The notes beneath the pieces were generated by a model, which did not search any database, was not told the origin of the DNA, and worked only from the letters and a program-made list of their open reading frames with translations. DNA of 64,000 nucleotides, taken from NCBI GenBank assembly GCA_020349885.1, contig CP070701.1, forward strand, positions 2,284,432-2,348,431, written 5' to 3'. Below, one piece after another: positions 27,138 through 36,610 of the stretch (position 1 is its first letter; each line of letters begins with the position of its first letter). The stretch is from Acidobacteriota bacterium. GTDB taxonomy: Bacteria; Acidobacteriota; G020349885. The translations under genes were made by a program, and so were the position numbers.

Positions 27138-29235
27138 CCACTTCCTCCTCGAAATTCTTCTTGAAGACCTGCCCGCGCGCGTCGTTGCGCCTGCGCTCGA
27201 GCAGATTCTTTCCCGGACGCGGGACGCGCTGAAGAGCGCCAGGCTCCGCTTCGAAGGAATCGAAGCCTTCGGCACCTACCGGCGGCTCACGCTGCTCGTG
27301 GAGGGCGTCGCGGAGAAACAGGAGGAATTTGTTGAGGAGGTCACCGGGCCGCCCGCGAAAGCCGCGTTCGGCAAGGACGGGAAGCCGACGAAGGTCGGGA
27401 TCAAATTCGCCGAGGGCAAGGGCGGCTCCCCCTCCGCGCTCAAGAAGGTGACGACCTCGAAGGGAGAGTACGCGGCCGTCGAGGTGCGGCGCGGCGGGGC
27501 GGCGGCGGCGGACATTCTCGCGGAAATCGTGCCGAAGGTGCTCGCCTCGCTCGAGTTTCCCCTCACGATGCGCTGGGGCAGGGGGGAGCACTCGTTCATC
27601 CGGCCCGTGCACGCCGTGGCGGCGCTTCTCGAAAAAAACGTCGTGCCGCTCTCGTTCTGCGGCGTCGCAAGCGGACGGACGACGCGCGGTCACCGCTTTC
27701 TGGCGGACGACAAGGAAATAGAGATTTCGTCCGCCGGTGATTACCTTGAAACGATGCGAAAGAGCTTCGTGGAGCCGGACGCCGGCGCGCGGCGCAAGAG
27801 CATCGAGGCGGCGCTCGCCGGGCGTGCCGGGGAAGCGCGGGGCGCCCTCGTGCCCGACGCGTCCCTTCTGGACACCGTGACGGCGCAGGTCGAATGGCCC
27901 GTGGTGTTGCGCGGCTCGTTCGACAAAAAATTTCTCGAGCTTCCCAAGGAAGTGCTCGTCTCGTCCATGCGCGAGCACCAGAAGTACTTCGCCATGGAAA
28001 AGGACGGGAAACTGCTTCCCCACTTCCTCACCGTCGCCGAGGTGGACGAAGGAGCGGGCGCCGACGTGGTTCGCAACCACGAGCGCGTCCTCCGCGCGCG
28101 CCTCGAGGACGCCAGATTCTTCTACGAAGCCGACCGCAAGCGGCCGCTCGAGTCGCACCTCGAGGAGCTGGAGGCCGCCACGTTCCACGAAAAACTCGGC
28201 TCCTACCGCGACAAGACCGGGCGCCTCGAAGCGCTCGCGCCGACGATTGCCGGGCTTGCGGGCCGTGCCGACAGGGCGGAGACGCTGGGCGCGGCGGCGC
28301 GATTGAGTAAATGCGATCTGGCAACGGCGATGGTGGGCGAGTTCCCTTCGCTCCAGGGGATCATTGGCGGCGTCTACGCGAGGGAGGAGGGGCGGCCGGA
28401 GGAGATGTGGCGGGCGGTTTACGAGCATTACAAACCGCTCGACGTGCGTGCGGATGTTGAGGAAACGCCCGAAAGCGATATGGGACGGTTGCTTGCGCTC
28501 GCCGACCGGATGGATACGCTCGCCGGATTCTTCGGCGCGGGCATCGTCCCTTCGGGAACCAAGGATCCCTACGCCCTGCGCCGCGCGGGAAACGCCGTCG
28601 TCGCCCTCATGCGCCTCGACGCGGCGCTGTCGCTTCATCCCGTCGTCGAGGCGGCCTGCCAGGGCCATGGAATCCGGGGCGACGACGCAAAGAAACGCCT
28701 CGGCGAGTTCCTGCTGGAGCGGTTCGAAAGTCTTGATTACTTCGGATTCGTGAATTACACGCGAGCCGTGCTCGGCGCGAGCTGGCCGGATTCCCGCCTC
28801 TTTCCCAACGTCTCCTTCGCCGACGCCTACCTGCGCGGACGGGCGCTTGCCGAGATGCGCGGCTCCGACGACCTCAAGGCGCTCGCCATCTCCTTCAAGC
28901 GCGTCAAGAACATCCTCAAGGACCAGGAGCGCGGCGAGGTGGACGAAAAGCTTCTCCAGGAGAGCACCGAAAAGAAGCTCTACACCGGTATTTCCAAGGT
29001 GCGCGAGAACGTCGCGCAGTGGATGGATAGGAGAGATTATCTGAAGGCGTTCCAGGCGCTCGCCTCCATGCGCGTTTTGGTGGATAAGTTTTTCGACGAC
29101 GTTCTGGTGATGGAGGAGGACGAGGCGCTCAGGCGCAACCGCGTGGCGCTCCTCTACGAGCTCGGGGACTTGTTTTTAAGGCTCGCGGATATTTCGGAGC
29201 TCGCGGTGTCCGTGAGGGACAAGGCGAAAGGGTAG
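27130..29235 (+). CDS. glyS: Glycine--tRNA ligase beta subunit
   Basis: Full-length GlyS match (N-terminus P.HFLLEILLEDLPAR, MRWG motif, C-terminal anticodon-binding region). GTG start. Confidence 0.9.
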   Translation: MPSHFLLEILLEDLPARVVAPALEQILSRTRDALKSARLRFEGIEAFGTYRRLTLLVEGVAEKQEEFVEEVTGPPAKAAFGKDGKPTKVGIKFAEGKGGSPSALKKVTTSKGEYAAVEVRRGGAAAADILAEIVPKVLASLEFPLTMRWGRGEHSFIRPVHAVAALLEKNVVPLSFCGVASGRTTRGHRFLADDKEIEISSAGDYLETMRKSFVEPDAGARRKSIEAALAGRAGEARGALVPDASLLDTVTAQVEWPVVLRGSFDKKFLELPKEVLVSSMREHQKYFAMEKDGKLLPHFLTVAEVDEGAGADVVRNHERVLRARLEDARFFYEADRKRPLESHLEELEAATFHEKLGSYRDKTGRLEALAPTIAGLAGRADRAETLGAAARLSKCDLATAMVGEFPSLQGIIGGVYAREEGRPEEMWRAVYEHYKPLDVRADVEETPESDMGRLLALADRMDTLAGFFGAGIVPSGTKDPYALRRAGNAVVALMRLDAALSLHPVVEAACQGHGIRGDDAKKRLGEFLLERFESLDYFGFVNYTRAVLGASWPDSRLFPNVSFADAYLRGRALAEMRGSDDLKALAISFKRVKNILKDQERGEVDEKLLQESTEKKLYTGISKVRENVAQWMDRRDYLKAFQALASMRVLVDKFFDDVLVMEEDEALRRNRVALLYELGDLFLRLADISELAVSVRDKAKG

Positions 29236-29249
29236 GGTAGGGGCTCGCC

Positions 29250-32200
29250 CTACTGCGGCGAGCAGGCCCGCGCGACCCCGAGATCGCACGCCCTGCGGCG
29301 GCTCTTCGCGGCCGCCGCGCCGTCGCCCATCTCGTCGTAGACCAGGCTCAGGTTGTAGTGGGCGTTGCCGTGGTCAGGCTTCAACTGGGCCGTCTTTTCG
29401 TAGTGGAACTTCGCGTCCGTGAGGCGCTTCTGCTGCCAGTGGAGATTGCCGAGCGCGAAGTGCGCCGACGCGTAACCGGGCCTGTGCTGGATGGCTTTCT
29501 CCCAGCTCGCGCGCGCCTCGCCGTAGTTCTTTAAATCAAAATAGGCCATCCCCAGGTTGTAGTGCGCGTAGGCGTCCCCGGGCGCGAGTGTCACGGCCTT
29601 CCGGTATTCCTCGGCCGCTTCTCTGGGGCGGTCGAGGTCCAGGTAGATGTTTCCCAGGTTCATGTGCACGGCGGGCTTGTCGAGGCCGGCGTCGATGGCG
29701 CGCTGGAACACCCGGGCGGCCTCGTCCAGTTGTCCCTGGTCTTCGAGGGCGTTTCCAAGCTCGAAGAGGTAGAGCGCTTGGGCGGGGGAGAGAAGCAGCG
29801 CCTCGCGGAACATCTTCTCCGCCTGCCCGGGATCTCCCTGCTCCATGGCGATCATGCCGAGGTAATAGTGCGCCTTGTGGTTCTTTGGGTCCTTGAGGAC
29901 GACCTTTTCGTAATGCGGCTGCGCCTGGGCGTATTTCCCCTGCGTGTAGTAGAGGTTTGCGAGGTTGTTCTGGATGAGCGGGTTCTCCGGGTCGATGCTC
30001 AGGGCCAGGCGGAATTGCTCCTCGGCCTCCTTGTACTTGCCCTGCTTGAAGTAGAGGTTTCCCTGGTTGTTGTACTTGGCGGGGTCGTCGGAAGCCGGGG
30101 CGCGCGGCGCGGGCGGCGGCGGTTCCTCTCTTCGCCCGGGGCGCGCTTCGACCTTTCGCGCGGAGCGGGGGGGCTGCACCGTTTCCATCTTCGCGGGCCG
30201 GGGCGGCTTGGGGGGTGGCGACGGCTCGGGGCGCGGCTTCTTCAAGGCGGCCAGCTTCTGCTGCGTCGCTTTTTCCTTTTCCTCCTTTTCGAGCGCGGCC
30301 AGCTTGAAATCACCGGGTCCGTAGTTCGGGTTGAGAAACGTCGCTTCGTCGCGCTCGCGGCGCGCCGCGTCCCAGTCCCCCGCCTCGGCGTAGCGGTCGC
30401 TGAGCGCCCGGTGCGCGTCGGCCATCCAGAGCCGCAGCTCTTTCGACATCGGGTTGATGCCCTTCGCCTCCTCAAAGAAGGCGAGCGCCGCCTCGGGATC
30501 ATCCCCAAGGAGCGCGAGCGCTCCCTCGGAAAGAGACGCTCCGAAGCGCGCTTTCTGGTCGTCAGGCCACAGCGCGAGCGCGCGGACGAAGGCGTCGCGC
30601 GCCCTCGCCTGGTCCTCGGGCCGGCGGCTTGAAAGCAGTGCTTCTCCCTCGGCGATAAGGCTCTCGGCGATGCGCCCCTCCATTTCCTTGAGGTACGAGG
30701 CGTCGCCTCCCTCCGCTTCGGCCAGGCGCTGCGCCCAGTAGCGGGCGCTTGCGTTCGGAGGTTCGATGAGATTTCCCGCCGTGAAGGCTTCCTCGGCCAG
30801 GCGCCGAAAGTCGCGCACCGTTACCTCCGGTTCCGCGGTGCGGAGACCGAGGCGCTCCAGGTCGAGGTGCGTCAGGTCGAGGAGCCCCTGTTGCTGGAGG
30901 TAGAAGGTCGCGCCGGCGAGCAGCACGAGCATCACCGCTAACGCCACCCTAAACCCCCTGCGCTGCTTGACCTGCACGGGACGCCTTATCAGCTCGCTGA
31001 TGTCCACCTGGCGCAACGCCTCGCTCAGCTCGTCCGCGCTCTGGAAGCGCAGCGCGGGGTCGGTGGAGAGGCATTTGACCGCGATTTCCCGAAGCGGGAG
31101 CGGCACGTAGGGCGGGAAGCGCCGGCGCAGCTTCTCGGGCGTCGAGACCGCGATGTCGCGCATATAGGTCGTCATGGAAGACGTGTTGAACGGGAAGCGG
31201 CCCGTGAGCATGCGGAACAACACGACGCCCGAGGAGAAAATGTCCGTGCGGGCATCTATAGTCTGGTTCTTCGGGAGATCCCCCAGCTGCTCGGGCGAGC
31301 TGTAGCCGATCTTGCCCACGAAGACGCCGACCTCCGTAAAGGGCGTTCCCGGCTCGGGCGCCTTCATGCTCTTGGCGATGCCGAAATCAATAAGCTTGAC
31401 GTTCTCCGTGTCGTCCTCGCGCACCAGCATGATGTTGTCGAGCGAGAGGTCGCGGTGGATGATGCCCCGCCGGTGGGCCTCGGCGAGGCCGCTGAGCACC
31501 TGCAGCATAATTCGCACCACTTCCTGCGGCCGGATGCGTCTGTCCCGCTTGAGGCTCTCCTCGAGGTTCTCCCCCTCGACGAACTCCCACATCGAGTAGA
31601 TGGAGCCATCCTCAAGGCGGCTGAAGTCGTAGAGCGTCACGAGGTTGGGGTGGCGCAGCCCCTCCGTGAGGAGTGCTTCGTTCCGAAAGCGCTCGAAAAA
31701 GCCGGCCTGTGTGGCAAGCTCCTTGCGAATGATCTTGATGGCGCGGTACGTGCCGAGTTGGATGTGTTGCGCCTTGTAGACGGCGCCCATGCCGCCCTCG
31801 CCGATGATTTCCAGAACCTTGCAGTCGCGGATGACGCGCCCGATGTAGGGATCGGGAGGGACCTCATCGGTGGAAAGGCCCTCGGTTTTCGGAAGCTCCA
31901 CGATCATGGTCTTGCTCGTCTCGTCCGCGAGGAGCATGTGGACGCGGTCGAGCTCGAGGGAAGCCTCGTCGGCGCTCGGGCGCTCGGCGCGGCTTTTGGA
32001 GAGCATCTTGTGCACGAGCACGTCGAAGTCCTTCGGCAGGGACGTCTTCACCGCCTCGACGAGGGGCTTGGGCTCGCTCTCGAGATGCATCTTCAAGATT
32101 TCCATCATTTTCAGCGAGTCGAACGGCGGCTTGCCCGACAGCATCTCGTAGAGGACGATGCCCATTGCATAGACGTCCGCGCGGTCGTTCACGGCCTCGC

Positions 32201-32849
32201 CGCGGATGTACTCGGGCGAAAGGTACTGGAGCGTCCCCACGATGGTGCCCTCTTTCGTTAGGGGCGCGGTCGTTGGCGAGCCGGAGGCGTCGCCGCGGTA
32301 AATTTTCGCGAGGCCGAAATCCGCGAGCTTGATCTGGTCATCGGCCGTGAGCAGAATGTTCCCGGGCTTGATGTCGCGGTGGATGATGTCGTGGGCGTGG
32401 GCGTAGGCGAGCGTGGCGGCCGTCTGGCGCGCGATATTGAGGGCGCGCTTGAGCGGAAGCGCCCCCTCGGCTTCGAGAATTTCTCGAAGCGTGCGCCCCT
32501 CCACCAGCTCCATGGCGATGTACGGGACGCCGCCCGATTCGCCCGCGTCGTAGATGGTCGCGATGTGGGGGTGGGTCAGAGCGGCCGCCGTCGTCGCCTC
32601 TCGGACGAATCGCGCCTTGTCCTCCGTGAGCGCCTTGGTGTCGATAATCTCCGTGCGCAGCACCTTGAGGGCCACGGTGCGGTGGAGCGAAAGGTCGCGC
32701 GCCCGATACACCAACCCGAACGACCCCCGGCCGAGCGTCTCGATTACCTCGTACCGCCCCGCGAACTCCTGGCCCGGTCGCAACTCCCCCGTCGTGGGAG
32801 GTGTGGCTTTGTCCGGCGCCGCTTCCTTAGTGATCTCGTCGTCCGGCAT
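29250..32849 (-). CDS. Membrane-anchored Ser/Thr protein kinase with two tandem Hanks-type kinase domains and C-terminal TPR repeats
   Basis: Domain 1: YEVIETLGRGSFGLVYRA...ALKVL...HRDIKPGNILL...DFG. Domain 2: CKVLEIIGEGGMGAVYKA...AIKII...HRDLSLDNIML...DFG. Then a TM helix (VALAVMLVLLAGATFYL) and at least 8 TPR units (A.YNNQGNLYFKQGKYKEAEEQFRLAL.IDP...). Confidence 0.8.
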   Translation of the reverse strand: MPDDEITKEAAPDKATPPTTGELRPGQEFAGRYEVIETLGRGSFGLVYRARDLSLHRTVALKVLRTEIIDTKALTEDKARFVREATTAAALTHPHIATIYDAGESGGVPYIAMELVEGRTLREILEAEGALPLKRALNIARQTAATLAYAHAHDIIHRDIKPGNILLTADDQIKLADFGLAKIYRGDASGSPTTAPLTKEGTIVGTLQYLSPEYIRGEAVNDRADVYAMGIVLYEMLSGKPPFDSLKMMEILKMHLESEPKPLVEAVKTSLPKDFDVLVHKMLSKSRAERPSADEASLELDRVHMLLADETSKTMIVELPKTEGLSTDEVPPDPYIGRVIRDCKVLEIIGEGGMGAVYKAQHIQLGTYRAIKIIRKELATQAGFFERFRNEALLTEGLRHPNLVTLYDFSRLEDGSIYSMWEFVEGENLEESLKRDRRIRPQEVVRIMLQVLSGLAEAHRRGIIHRDLSLDNIMLVREDDTENVKLIDFGIAKSMKAPEPGTPFTEVGVFVGKIGYSSPEQLGDLPKNQTIDARTDIFSSGVVLFRMLTGRFPFNTSSMTTYMRDIAVSTPEKLRRRFPPYVPLPLREIAVKCLSTDPALRFQSADELSEALRQVDISELIRRPVQVKQRRGFRVALAVMLVLLAGATFYLQQQGLLDLTHLDLERLGLRTAEPEVTVRDFRRLAEEAFTAGNLIEPPNASARYWAQRLAEAEGGDASYLKEMEGRIAESLIAEGEALLSSRRPEDQARARDAFVRALALWPDDQKARFGASLSEGALALLGDDPEAALAFFEEAKGINPMSKELRLWMADAHRALSDRYAEAGDWDAARRERDEATFLNPNYGPGDFKLAALEKEEKEKATQQKLAALKKPRPEPSPPPKPPRPAKMETVQPPRSARKVEARPGRREEPPPPAPRAPASDDPAKYNNQGNLYFKQGKYKEAEEQFRLALSIDPENPLIQNNLANLYYTQGKYAQAQPHYEKVVLKDPKNHKAHYYLGMIAMEQGDPGQAEKMFREALLLSPAQALYLFELGNALEDQGQLDEAARVFQRAIDAGLDKPAVHMNLGNIYLDLDRPREAAEEYRKAVTLAPGDAYAHYNLGMAYFDLKNYGEARASWEKAIQHRPGYASAHFALGNLHWQQKRLTDAKFHYEKTAQLKPDHGNAHYNLSLVYDEMGDGAAAAKSRRRACDLGVARACSPQ

Positions 32850-32916
32850 GCTATCCTTTTTCCAACCGCCTCCACTCTATCGCAACGGCCCCCTCTTTGC
32901 AAGGCTGGCCCCCGAT

Positions 32917-33957
32917 TTAGAACAAGGCTTCTCGAAGGACGCTGGTGAGTGCCCGGCGGCCGAAGCGGATGGGATCCACCGCGGGAAGGCGCGTCTCGGT
33001 CTGGGTTTCGCGAAGGGCGGCCTTCGCGCGGGCGTCGCTCAGGCGGGCGCTGTTGAGGGCGACGGCCACCACGGGGGCGGGCTTGACCATCGCGGCGGCC
33101 TCCTCGTTTAGGCGCACGAGCGTCGCAAGCGAAGGGAGGCGGCACCTCGGATAGCCGTCAATGCAGGCGCGCCCCGGCTCGTGGCAGAAAAGAAGCGCGT
33201 CGGCATGCGAGCCGTGCAGGAGCCCGAGCGTCACCCCCGAGTAGGCCGGATGGTTCAGCGAGCCCTGCCCTTCGACGACGACGGCTTGGGCGCGGCGTGC
33301 CTCGCGCTCGACCGCCTCTTCCACGGCGCCCGCGATGAAGTCGCTCTTGATGGCGTCCACGGGAATCCCCTTGCCCGTGAGATAGATGCCGGTCTGCCCC
33401 GTCGCGACGACGCCCACGCGAAGACCCAGCGCCCGAAGGGCCTCGGCCGCCTCCCACGCGACCGTCATCTTGCCCACGTTGCAGTCGCTTCCGACGGTGA
33501 GCAGCACCTTCGCGCGCAAGCGGGGAGGCTTCACCTTCGGGAGGCGGAGCGGGCGGTCGTATTTGCGCAAATCGAAAATCTTCGCCCCTCCCGCCCGGGC
33601 CGCCTTCTGAAAGTGCGCATTTTCGGAAAGAAGGACATGGAGGCCGTTCACGACGTTCAGGCCCGCGCGCAGGGCGCGGAGGAGAACATGCTCCCACGAG
33701 GGCTCGATCATGCCCCCCTGCGGCGCCACGCCGATGAGAAGGTCGGTCGGGCGCAGGGCAAGTCCCTCGCGCAGGCTCCCCACGACGGGAATCTTTCCTC
33801 CGAAGCCGAGCACCCGCTGGACGGTTTTGCCCGCGCGGCGGGAATCGATGACGCCCACGACTTCGCGCCCACGGTAGCGGATGACGCAATTGGCGGTCTT
33901 CGACTCGAGCTTTCCGAAATGGCCCTCGGCGAGAATCAGGATGCGGCGGCGAGGCAT
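32917..33957 (-). CDS. DUF1611-family P-loop protein (DgcN-like)
   Basis: N-terminal Rossmann-like region (ILAEGHFG...SKTANC.IRY...VVGVIDS). P-loop-like VGSDCNVGKMT. Strongly conserved EGQGSLNHPAYSGVTLGLLHGSHADAL block. Confidence 0.6.
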   Translation of the reverse strand: MPRRRILILAEGHFGKLESKTANCVIRYRGREVVGVIDSRRAGKTVQRVLGFGGKIPVVGSLREGLALRPTDLLIGVAPQGGMIEPSWEHVLLRALRAGLNVVNGLHVLLSENAHFQKAARAGGAKIFDLRKYDRPLRLPKVKPPRLRAKVLLTVGSDCNVGKMTVAWEAAEALRALGLRVGVVATGQTGIYLTGKGIPVDAIKSDFIAGAVEEAVEREARRAQAVVVEGQGSLNHPAYSGVTLGLLHGSHADALLFCHEPGRACIDGYPRCRLPSLATLVRLNEEAAAMVKPAPVVAVALNSARLSDARAKAALRETQTETRLPAVDPIRFGRRALTSVLREALF

Positions 33958-34047
33958 GGGATCAATGCTTTATGACCGATGACCGATTCCTGATTGGTTA
34001 TCGGTAATCGGCCATTAAATCCACCCCTTGGCGGTGGACAGCAAAAT

Positions 34048-35643
34048 TTACTTCTTCTTCTCCGCGTCCTTCTCGATCTCTTCGATCTTCTTGCGGATGA
34101 GCACCTCGGCCAGATCGGGAACGACTTCCCAGGCGATTTCACGGAGCACCTTTTCGGAGATGCGCTTGACGGCGCGCTCGACGACTTTCTGAATCTCCTC
34201 CTCGTTCAAAAGCTCCCGAGCCGACGGCTCTCCCATTTCCTTCAGGAGCTCCGAGGTGGCCATCTCTTCGGTCTCGGTTCGCGCCTTTTCTTCTTCGGCG
34301 GCGGGCGCTTGTTCTTCTTCTCGAGGCTCTTCAGCCGGCGCTTTTACGGCTTCATCGCCGAGCATCTCGGTTGCCGAAACGGAACTGCTCTCGGCCATCT
34401 CGCGCGCGAACGCCCGGTCGTCTTCCGTGACGCCCTGCGGCGGCTCGTAATAGGCCTCGGGGACCTGCTCCGCGCTCTCCTCGCCGAGGATGGGGGCTTC
34501 TTCCTCCTCGGCCCGGGCCGGCGCTTCCGTTTCGACCGGCTCCTTCACTGCTTCCTCCGAAGGAGCGCTCTCCGCTGGCATCGCCTCCTGCGAAACGTCC
34601 AGCGTCGGCTCGGAAGGAAGAGGCGGCGCCGCTGCTTCTTCGGCCTCCGTCTCAGCTTCCGCCGCCGGGGCGGACTCCGAAGGCACATCGGCTTCCAGGG
34701 GAGATTCTTCTTGAGCCTCGGCGACCGGCTCCTCCGCCGCCTCCCCCAGGGGCGAAGGCTCCTCATCGCCGCCAAAGTCCATGTTCGCGAGCTCGGCGTC
34801 AAGCTCGGATGCTACGTCTTCTGCCGGTGAACCTGCCCCCGACTCGGCGAGGCTTGCACCGAATGCTTCGGCGGGGCTCGTCCCGGGTGCCTCGGCGGGA
34901 CTTTCCTCCGGTGCCTCGGGGCCGGCCGTGGCACCCTCCGAAGGCTTCTTGTCCTCTTCGAGCGCCTGCGCCAATTCGCGGCGCGGAACGGCAACGGTTT
35001 CCCCTCGATAGGACGGCTCGGACTCGGCAGCTTCCCCGGCCTCCTTGGGAGGCTCGGCTTGGGGAGCATCCCCTGCGGCTAGGGACTGCATCGTCGGAAC
35101 GGGAATGGCCATGGTTTCCTCGGCCTCGGGCGGCTCCTCGGGCGCGGACGGTTCCTCCGCCGGTCCGGCTTTTTCCTCGAACGCCTCGAAGGCGCTCTCC
35201 ACGTCCTCCTCGACTTTGGCCACGACCTCTTGAGGGGGCGCTTCTTCCTGAGACGCCGCCTCGGCCGACGGCTGCGCGATCTGGGAGAGAAGCTTTCCCA
35301 CCATGTCGATGAGCGTCTGCGTGTCGAAGGGCTTCGTCAGGGTCTCGTCCGCCCCCACGTCGCGGGCGCGCGCTTCGTCGAAGCTTTCAAAGGCTCCGTG
35401 GAGCATGAGCACCGGCGTGTGTCTCAGTTGGGCGTGGCCTTTCACGAAAGCGCACACTTCGTAGCCGTCCTTTTCGGGCATCAGGGCGTCGCAGAGAACG
35501 ATATCGGGCCCGTAATCTTCAAAAAGCTCGATGGCCTGGGCGCCGTTTGCCGCGCAGCGCACCTCGTAGGATTCCGAAAGGGAAAGCTCAACCACCTTCT
35601 GAATGGTGATGCTGTCGTCGGCCACAAGAACGCGTTTCTTCAT
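34048..35643 (-). CDS. Response-regulator receiver domain with a long Pro/Glu/Ala-rich disordered linker and a conserved Glu/Lys-rich alpha-helical C-terminal module (RomR-like architecture)
   Basis: N-terminal REC (VLVADDS...DIVLCDALMPEKDGYEV..K). About 300 aa of low complexity (EAPPQE, AEAPG..). C-terminal LLKEMGEPSARELLNEEEIQKVVERAVKRISEKVLREIAWEVVPDLAEVLIRKKIEEIEKD. This domain order mirrors Myxococcus RomR; identity to RomR is not proven. Confidence 0.5.
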   Translation of the reverse strand: MKKRVLVADDSITIQKVVELSLSESYEVRCAANGAQAIELFEDYGPDIVLCDALMPEKDGYEVCAFVKGHAQLRHTPVLMLHGAFESFDEARARDVGADETLTKPFDTQTLIDMVGKLLSQIAQPSAEAASQEEAPPQEVVAKVEEDVESAFEAFEEKAGPAEEPSAPEEPPEAEETMAIPVPTMQSLAAGDAPQAEPPKEAGEAAESEPSYRGETVAVPRRELAQALEEDKKPSEGATAGPEAPEESPAEAPGTSPAEAFGASLAESGAGSPAEDVASELDAELANMDFGGDEEPSPLGEAAEEPVAEAQEESPLEADVPSESAPAAEAETEAEEAAAPPLPSEPTLDVSQEAMPAESAPSEEAVKEPVETEAPARAEEEEAPILGEESAEQVPEAYYEPPQGVTEDDRAFAREMAESSSVSATEMLGDEAVKAPAEEPREEEQAPAAEEEKARTETEEMATSELLKEMGEPSARELLNEEEIQKVVERAVKRISEKVLREIAWEVVPDLAEVLIRKKIEEIEKDAEKKK

Positions 35644-36113
35644 GAGTTCTCCTTGCTGGGGGGATCAAGTTCGCCGTGCATCGCGCGCGCGAGGCGGGAC
35701 ACCGAAAGAAGCGCCCAGACTGCGCGCTCGCCGCGCACGGCACTGTCCACAAACCGCTTCCCAAGCCCCGTCGCATTCCGCGTTTCGGCCTGGGCGAAAT
35801 CCGTCAATCGCTCGAACGCACTCAAGATGCCCACCTCTTGGGCCAGCAGACCGTCTAGGCTGTCCTCGGTCTGGAGGAGCACCGCGTATTGGCCCCGGAT
35901 CTTGGGGACGTGTTCAAAGAATCCTTTCCAACGCCGCGGGTCGAACACCGGCACGGCGTAGCTTCGGCGCATGAGCATGCCCGCGAGCGAAACCCGCATT
36001 TGCGGAACGCTCTGGAGCGCTTCGTCTCCGTTTTCACCGAGGCGGACGACCTCCCATATCGATTCGAGCGGCAGCGCCCCGCGCGCCTCATCCCACTTGA
36101 GCGTAAGCAGCAT
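35640..36113 (-). CDS. CheW-like domain protein (divergent)
   Basis: ALPLESIWEVVRL ... RRSYAVPVFDPRRW aligns with CheW blocks (YGI.V..V.EI ... LRG.V.PVVDLR..F). Overlaps neighbours by 4 nt and 26 nt (operon). Confidence 0.5.
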   Translation of the reverse strand: MLLTLKWDEARGALPLESIWEVVRLGENGDEALQSVPQMRVSLAGMLMRRSYAVPVFDPRRWKGFFEHVPKIRGQYAVLLQTEDSLDGLLAQEVGILSAFERLTDFAQAETRNATGLGKRFVDSAVRGERAVWALLSVSRLARAMHGELDPPSKENS

Positions 36114-36495
36114 GCTCTGCGTTCTCCTCTAGGAGCAGACCCCATTGGTTCTCGTAGGGGAAGAGACCCCGAAACGGCCGCTCCTTCTGAAAGATGTACG
36201 GCGGCAGGGGGTGGATATCGCCGGCGCTCAGGTGGATCACCTTGAGGGCCTCGTCCACCACGAACACGCGGCGATTCACGTCCCAGACGAAGACGCGGCC
36301 GCCCGCCGGAAGCAGCCCTTTCACGCCGAACCACGTCCGCAGGTCCACGAGCGGCAGGATCTCGTCGCCGACGCGCAGGCTCCGCTCCCGAACCTCGCCG
36401 GACACGTTGCTCTGTTCCTCGACATGTTCGACGTGGTCGAAATTAAGCCCGCCGATATAGTCGCCAACCGAAAACGCGAAAATCGAGACGTCCAT
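36088..36495 (-). CDS. CheW-like domain protein
   Basis: IFAFSVGDYIGGLNFDHVEHV ... VRERSLRVGDEILPLVDLRTWFG ... RVFVVDEALKVIHLSAGDIHPLP follows the canonical CheW block order. Confidence 0.6.
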   Translation of the reverse strand: MDVSIFAFSVGDYIGGLNFDHVEHVEEQSNVSGEVRERSLRVGDEILPLVDLRTWFGVKGLLPAGGRVFVWDVNRRVFVVDEALKVIHLSAGDIHPLPPYIFQKERPFRGLFPYENQWGLLLEENAEHAAYAQVG

Positions 36496-36610
36496 GATTC
36501 GCTTTTTTTAAAGGTGTATGTGCACCTTAGGCGTTCGTATCTCACTTTATCGCACCCCGCCCCCCGTGTCAAGAAAACGCATTGCGCCGTAAAATCTTGC
36601 CGCGCGCACC

